From positions 1,215,681-1,279,680 of the forward strand of contig MU061178.1 of assembly GCA_013265495.1 (NCBI GenBank): a stretch of DNA of 64,000 nt, written 5' to 3'. Below are positions 58,691-64,000 of this stretch, in pieces. The notes under the pieces are model-generated. The model ran no database searches. It had not been told where the DNA came from and was given only the letters and a program-made list of their open reading frames with translations. The position numbers were made by a program, and so were the translations under genes. This DNA is from Vicugna vicugna. Lineage: Eukaryota. Position 1 is the first letter of the stretch. Every line of letters begins with the position of its first letter.

Positions 58691-59409
58691 AGACACTTCA
58701 TGTACATCAAGTTTTGAGCAGGGGGCACGGATTTCAATTTTGTGGCAGGATTTGCTCTCCTTTTCCTAATTTAATGAAATGTGATGGTTGGTTTTGCCAG
58801 ACTTCTTAAACCCCTGGGGTCAGCACCACCCACCATGTCCTCCTTTAAAAGATTCTTCACTAGCCATTGTTAATTGAGGCTTCCAGTCTTTGCCTTTGTT
58901 CTTTCTTCTCTAACCAAGGCTATTTTTTTTTTAAAGTTTTTTGTTCCTACAACTATATCAGTGAGGACGTAAACCTAAGCTGGTCGTGGCTTTATGTGTA
59001 TTTGTGTGCGTGGTGTGGGTGGGGAATGGGGTGGGGGGTGGTTTTAATTCCACAGTTGTGAGCAAAAAGCGTTGTCTCCTGTCCCTGAAGCCAAGACTTG
59101 GGCAACTGAGATAACCATGTGCCCTTGTTATTTTATACTCTGGCTTTCCTCTCCATTTTTATCTTGTCTCTTGGAGACTTTCTTTGCTTTTTCTGTAGTT
59201 CAACTATGCTTTTTAAAGTATGTTTGTTATATTTTTCCCAGAATTTCTAAATCTTTTATATTTAAAAAATTGAAGTCTGGTATATTACCAGAAATGGAAG
59301 TCTTATATGTTATTGCCTCTTTTTATCCATTTTTTTGAGAAATTAAAACAATTGAAAACTACAAAGTATTATTTCAAATATATCTTATCCTCTACCCAAA
59401 ACTGGAAAT

Positions 59410-60225
59410 TCTTCAGTTTATTCCATGAATATGTGTCAGACACTGTTCTAGGAATTTGGGATAAATCAGTGAATTAAACAAAAGAAATTCCTCTTCCCAT
59501 GGGACCTACATTCTAGTGGGAGATGCAGACAATGAATAATAAACATAGCATACAATTATGTTACCTGATATGTAGAAGGAGATAATGCTCTGAAAAAAAC
59601 AAAACAAAACAAAACAAAACATGTAACAATTAGAGCAGGGCTTGGGAATCAAGAGTGTAGGAAGTTTGATGGGGGAGGGTATAGCTCAGTGGTAGAGCAC
59701 ATGCTTAGCATGCATAAGGTCCTGGGTTCAATCCCCAACACCTCTGCTGAAATAAATTAAATAAAAACCTAACTACCTCCCCTCAAAAGACTAATAAATA
59801 AATAAAACAATAAAATATACATTTAAAAACAGAGTGTGGGAAGTTTGATTATTATTATTGTTGTTGTTGTTGTTATTATTATTTTGGCCTTTTTAAGTAA
59901 GGCAGTTCTAGAAAGCCCCACTGAAAAGATGACATTTGAGTAAGGCTTGAAGGCGATGAGGGAGTAGGCCGGGGAGGATTCTGAGGGAAGAGAATTTCAG
60001 GCAGAGGGAACAGCCAGTGCAAAGGCCTTAAGGTGGGAGTGTGACAGATGGGTTTGAGGAAAAGCAAGAAGGCCTGTGTGGCTGGAGCAGAGTGTGTAGC
60101 AGAGGAGATCTGTAAGAGATGAGGTTCAAGTAGAGGAGAGGAGGTGGATTGTGGAGGGACTTACAGGTCATTTTAAGACCTTTGTTTTTTCTACGAGTAA
60201 CATGGAATCCACTGAAGGTGGTTCT
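59410..60225 (-). mobile_element. L2 LINE, antisense, interrupted by a SINE
   Basis: gtcagacactgttctagg...gacatttgagtaaggcttgaagg...caggcagagggaacagccagtgcaaaggcc. Confidence 0.85.
59671..59830 (+). mobile_element. Camelid vic-1-type SINE
   Basis: 19-bp TSD agagtgtaggaagtttgat / agagtgtgggaagtttgat. Confidence 0.93.
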
Positions 60226-61504
60226 TCCCCCAGCCTCCAAATTAATACAAAGAACTTTTTGTTTTCTGAACTGTCTGAGAGTAAGTTGCCAAAAAAATCT
60301 TTAAGCCAACATAAAGATGTTCTTTAATACATAACTCCTACAGACAAGGACATTCTCCTTTATAACTACTATAGAACCATCAAAACCAAGAAACTAGTGC
60401 TGACACTATACTATCATTCTATCCTCAGACCCTCTTCAGATTTCACCAGTTGTCCCAAATATGTCCTTTTTATAGCAAAAGGACCCAGTCTAGATCACAC
60501 CTTGTATTAATTGTCACATGTCCCTAGTGTCCTTTGAAAGAGTTCTGAAAGAGTTCTTTGCGCTTCCTTGACTTCCACGGCATCTGCAGGTCCCAAGCCA
60601 ATTACTTTGTAGAATGTCCCCCTCTTGGGTTTTGTTAATTGTTCCCTCATGATTAGAGTCAGGTGACTTTGGCAATAATATCACAGAAGAGGCACGTTTT
60701 CCTCCTCCGTGTATCTAGTCATGAGTACACAATTTGGATTTGTCTTATTACTGGTGCTGCAAACTTTGAACACTTAACTAATGTGGTGTCTACTGGGTTT
60801 CTCCTCTATAAAGTTGCTTATACTCTTTGTAATTAATAAATATTTTGGGGAGAGGTCATTTAAGACTACATAAATTTTTTTTCCCCATCAAACTTTCATT
60901 GACTAGTTTTATTCTTTTTTTTTACAGGTAATTTACGTTTTTTTCCAAGAATATTACTTACAGCACGATGAGCTGGGTTCAACCTCAGCTCTATCCTCTC
61001 ACCTTTAGAAATGTACTCTCTGAGAAACCTTGTTCAATAAATAAGTTGATGAGCTCAGAACAAGTTTTATAATAGCACGTTCACTTAATCCTTTGAACTC
61101 CTTCCAAGCTATATGCAAATCACAAATTTTCTATCATAAAAATCACATACAATGTTCTATCAGCTGATTAGATTATCCTTAAGTTTGTTTAAAATAAAAA
61201 AATTAAAAAATCACCTAACCTGCGAAAGGATATGTTTCCTAATTTTCAATTTCTCTGAATTACACAGAAAAGACTTACTAAGACTTATCAATGACACTTT
61301 ATTTCATCTATTGCCTTTTCAAGGTACCTGAACTTGATATATTTAGAAGAGTTTAGAAAAATCTGACTAATAATTTTAACATAACATCGTTAATATGATA
61401 TTTTGATAATATACATTTATGATGTAATTTTTTGGGGTGTTAAAAAATATTGGCTCTGGTAATTTAACTCAGTCAATTGATGGAAATTATCCACCATATA
61501 ACCT

Positions 61505-61588
61505 AATGATGGTGGGCTACTAAATATCACTCCAGGACAGCAGGTGTACACGACTGCCCTGGGCAAACTGAGACATATGTTTACATTA
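61505..61588 (-). mobile_element. MER94-like MITE fragment inside the Charlie fossil
   Basis: Minus strand aaacatatgtctcagtttgcccagggcagtc...cctgctgtcctggagtgat. Confidence 0.6.
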
Positions 61589-61976
61589 TCTGATGAACAA
61601 AGCCACTGTTCACTGTCAAGCCATTCAGCCAAATCAACTTCTTTTCTGTCAGAAAAAGTCTGACTTCATATTCAATCCAAATAAACATGCTATTATGTGT
61701 CCCCATGACAACCAGCTCACTTCTAAACGCAGCGACTAGCTGGGGATGTGATGATCCCATTTTCTCACACATCAATTTAAAAAGATGCAAGTTTAACTCC
61801 CTTGACTTTATAATATTTACAATTTAAATAGCAACATCCGATACTCCCTACAAGTCAGAAATCCATTTTTTGCAACCAAAGCTTGTTGATCAATAAAATC
61901 ATGTTCCCAAGCTAAAGCAAGTTTTAAAGTGTGGATTAAAAAAAAGAAACAATTTCTATGTAGTCACTGTAACAAT

Positions 61977-62144
61977 CAGGACCAGTTACATAATTTTCAG
62001 GGCCCTATGCAAAATGAAGATGTGGGGCTCTTTGTTAAAAAATTAAGTATTTCAAAATGGGAACACGAGAGCCTTAAAGCCAGCGCTGGCTCTTGTAAGG
62101 TGGAGCCCTTTTAAGGGCAAGTCACACACCCATCAAGCTAGCCC
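61977..62144. mobile_element. MER53-like hAT MITE
   Basis: tacataattttcagggccctatgcaaaatgaagatgtggggc...cacacacccatcaagctagccc. Confidence 0.75.
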
Positions 62145-63309
62145 AAGCCATAGTTTTGTTTGTAAAGACCCTTATGTCCCATTCCTAGTATAAGCCAAAT
62201 CAATGTGAATAAAAGTTTCCAAATTTTAAAAATAATACCACCAAGTCACTCTTTGCATGCCTTTTCTTCTCCATAAAAGAGGACACAATTTATTAAGTGG
62301 AAACATCTGTGGATTTTTCCCATCTGAAAGGCATAGGAAATCTGTCTACCACAATCTTTACCATAATCTGGTGAACAGTCTCTGAATGTCTCAGTTTCCT
62401 CATCTGTAAAATGGGGATAATGTACCTACCCTGAATTGTAAGGACTAACTGGGTTAATATGGGAATGCACTTAGAACAGTGTGTGGCATCTAGCAGAACT
62501 ATAGCTGTAATAGAACACAGCTACAGAACTGTTTGCTATTATCATTATTTTTATTATTACTATTATTATTTAGTCATTTCATTCACTATATAAGTTAAAA
62601 TAATGTTGGAACAGGGAATTGATTTAATGGCAGTGACAGACTTGGTATGTAAAATCCTTTACCTGTCAATGATGCACCAGGTATTATAATCTTTTCCATG
62701 TTTATGCAATATTTTCTATTTTTCACTAGAAAAATAGTGACCTCTTGAGCAATGCTCATTCTCATGATGCTCTCCAAGCCAACCCTGATAACTGTGCTTA
62801 AATGTTAAGCTTAGTGATAATTCTCCCAGTGCCCTTAGCTTTCCTTACAAAGAATTAATTGATTTAATTTTAGAGTCTGAACGTTCTGTAAATAATTATT
62901 GCACATTGCATTAGAGATTTTTTTCATATTATTGTTTGACAATTTTTTTAATGATGAGGATCACAAAGCAGAATTGTTATTAGAAAGAAACATGTGGTTG
63001 TATGTAAGATTCATTATGTTTAGTTTTGGTGTTTTTCTTTTAGTTCAACTTTGGTAGTCCTTGGAACGTTGGTTGGAAAACATCCACTATGTTTTTGTTA
63101 GAGCTTTGGTCTCTTACAAAAACCCCCAAACTGTAGCTTTACTGTGTGTCCAAGGGAATCCTCAAGTCTGCTTTCTTCAACACTCTCATTCTTCCTTAGC
63201 CATAGACTGACAAATTTAAAAAAATTTAAATGAAAAAAATGTTGACTCCTTTTACTAGAAAGTGACAGTGCAGTTCCCAAGGGAAATCAACATTGTATCA
63301 AACACGTCT

Positions 63310-63751
63310 GTGTTAGTTTCTTAGGGTTGCTCTAACCAAGCACCACAACCTGGATGGCAACAGTTCTGGAGGCTAGAAATCTGAAACCAAGGTGTCATCA
63401 GGGCCCTGCTTCCTCTGAAACCTGAAGGGGAATCCTTCTTTGCCTCTTCCCAGCTTTTGGTGGTTTGCCAGCAATCCCCAGCGCTTCGTAGTTTGCAGTG
63501 CATCCCTCCAATGGCTGCCTGTTGTCACCTGGCGTCCTCCATGCGTGTCTCTGGCTTCCCATGGCCGTCTTCTTCTAAAGATGCCGGTCATACTGGATGG
63601 GGGCCCATTCTACTCCTGTATGACTTCACCTTAATGTAACTAATTACACCTGCAGCTACCCTATTTCCAAATAAAATTACATTCTGAGGTACTGGGGTGT
63701 TAAGACTTCAATCTATATCTTTTTGGGTGGGACACAACTCAACCCATCACA
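63310..63751 (-). mobile_element. MLT1C/D-like LTR, antisense
   Basis: tgtgttagtttcttagggttgc...cagttctggaggctagaaatc...gggacacaactcaacccatcaca. Confidence 0.88.
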
Positions 63752-64000
63752 ACATCCAGTTAAAATTTTTTTATATCAAAAGGTAAACATTTACTAGAGT
63801 TTTAATAATATTAAGTTATTCAGATACTGGAAAAACTTGCATCACAAGATTTTTCATTATAACTAAATATACAACCAAATTCTAATTTTACATGTCAATA
63901 ACAATATATATTTTATGAATAACTAATTGTGTATTTTCAAGGGATACATCTTAGTACTTAGATTTGTATTTCCAAAGACTATTATAGAAACCACGAAGAA

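Larger units (their letters stand above)
61050..62345 (-). mobile_element. Fossil hAT-Charlie transposase fragment
   Basis: Minus frames give LFKLMCEKMGSSHPQL..EVRLFLTEK and LAEWLDSEQWLC..LGYMVDNFHQLTELN, resembling Charlie/ZBED-type transposases. Boundaries approximate. Confidence 0.65.

Overview
Mammalian scaffold sequence, almost certainly a camelid: it carries nine copies of a tRNA-Ala-derived vic-1-type SINE. There are two N gaps. The window is syntenic with the human 1q23.2 FCRL6-DUSP23-CRP interval. It contains the 5' end of FCRL6 on the minus strand (upstream ATG exon 9268-9283, signal exon 7655-7690, 21-nt mini-exon 617-637) and the complete two-coding-exon DUSP23 gene on the minus strand (28573-27208) with its CpG-island promoter. 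The AT-rich, repeat-dense right half holds a heavily decayed, unprocessed CRP-like short-pentraxin pseudogene on the plus strand (exon 2 55206-55788, candidate exon 1 near 53474). Other notable structure: a ~2.5-kb near-perfect tandem duplication in FCRL6 intron 1; an Ala-to-Phe change in the DUSP23 catalytic P-loop relative to human/mouse; a divergent pair of consensus CTCF sites between FCRL6 and DUSP23; and a nest of LTRs in one L2, one of which carries a perfect 3x131-bp array. Repeat family names and human/mouse comparisons are from memory of consensus and reference sequences, not from searches. Most ORFs in the supplied track are spurious. No prokaryotic-type system or CRISPR array is present.
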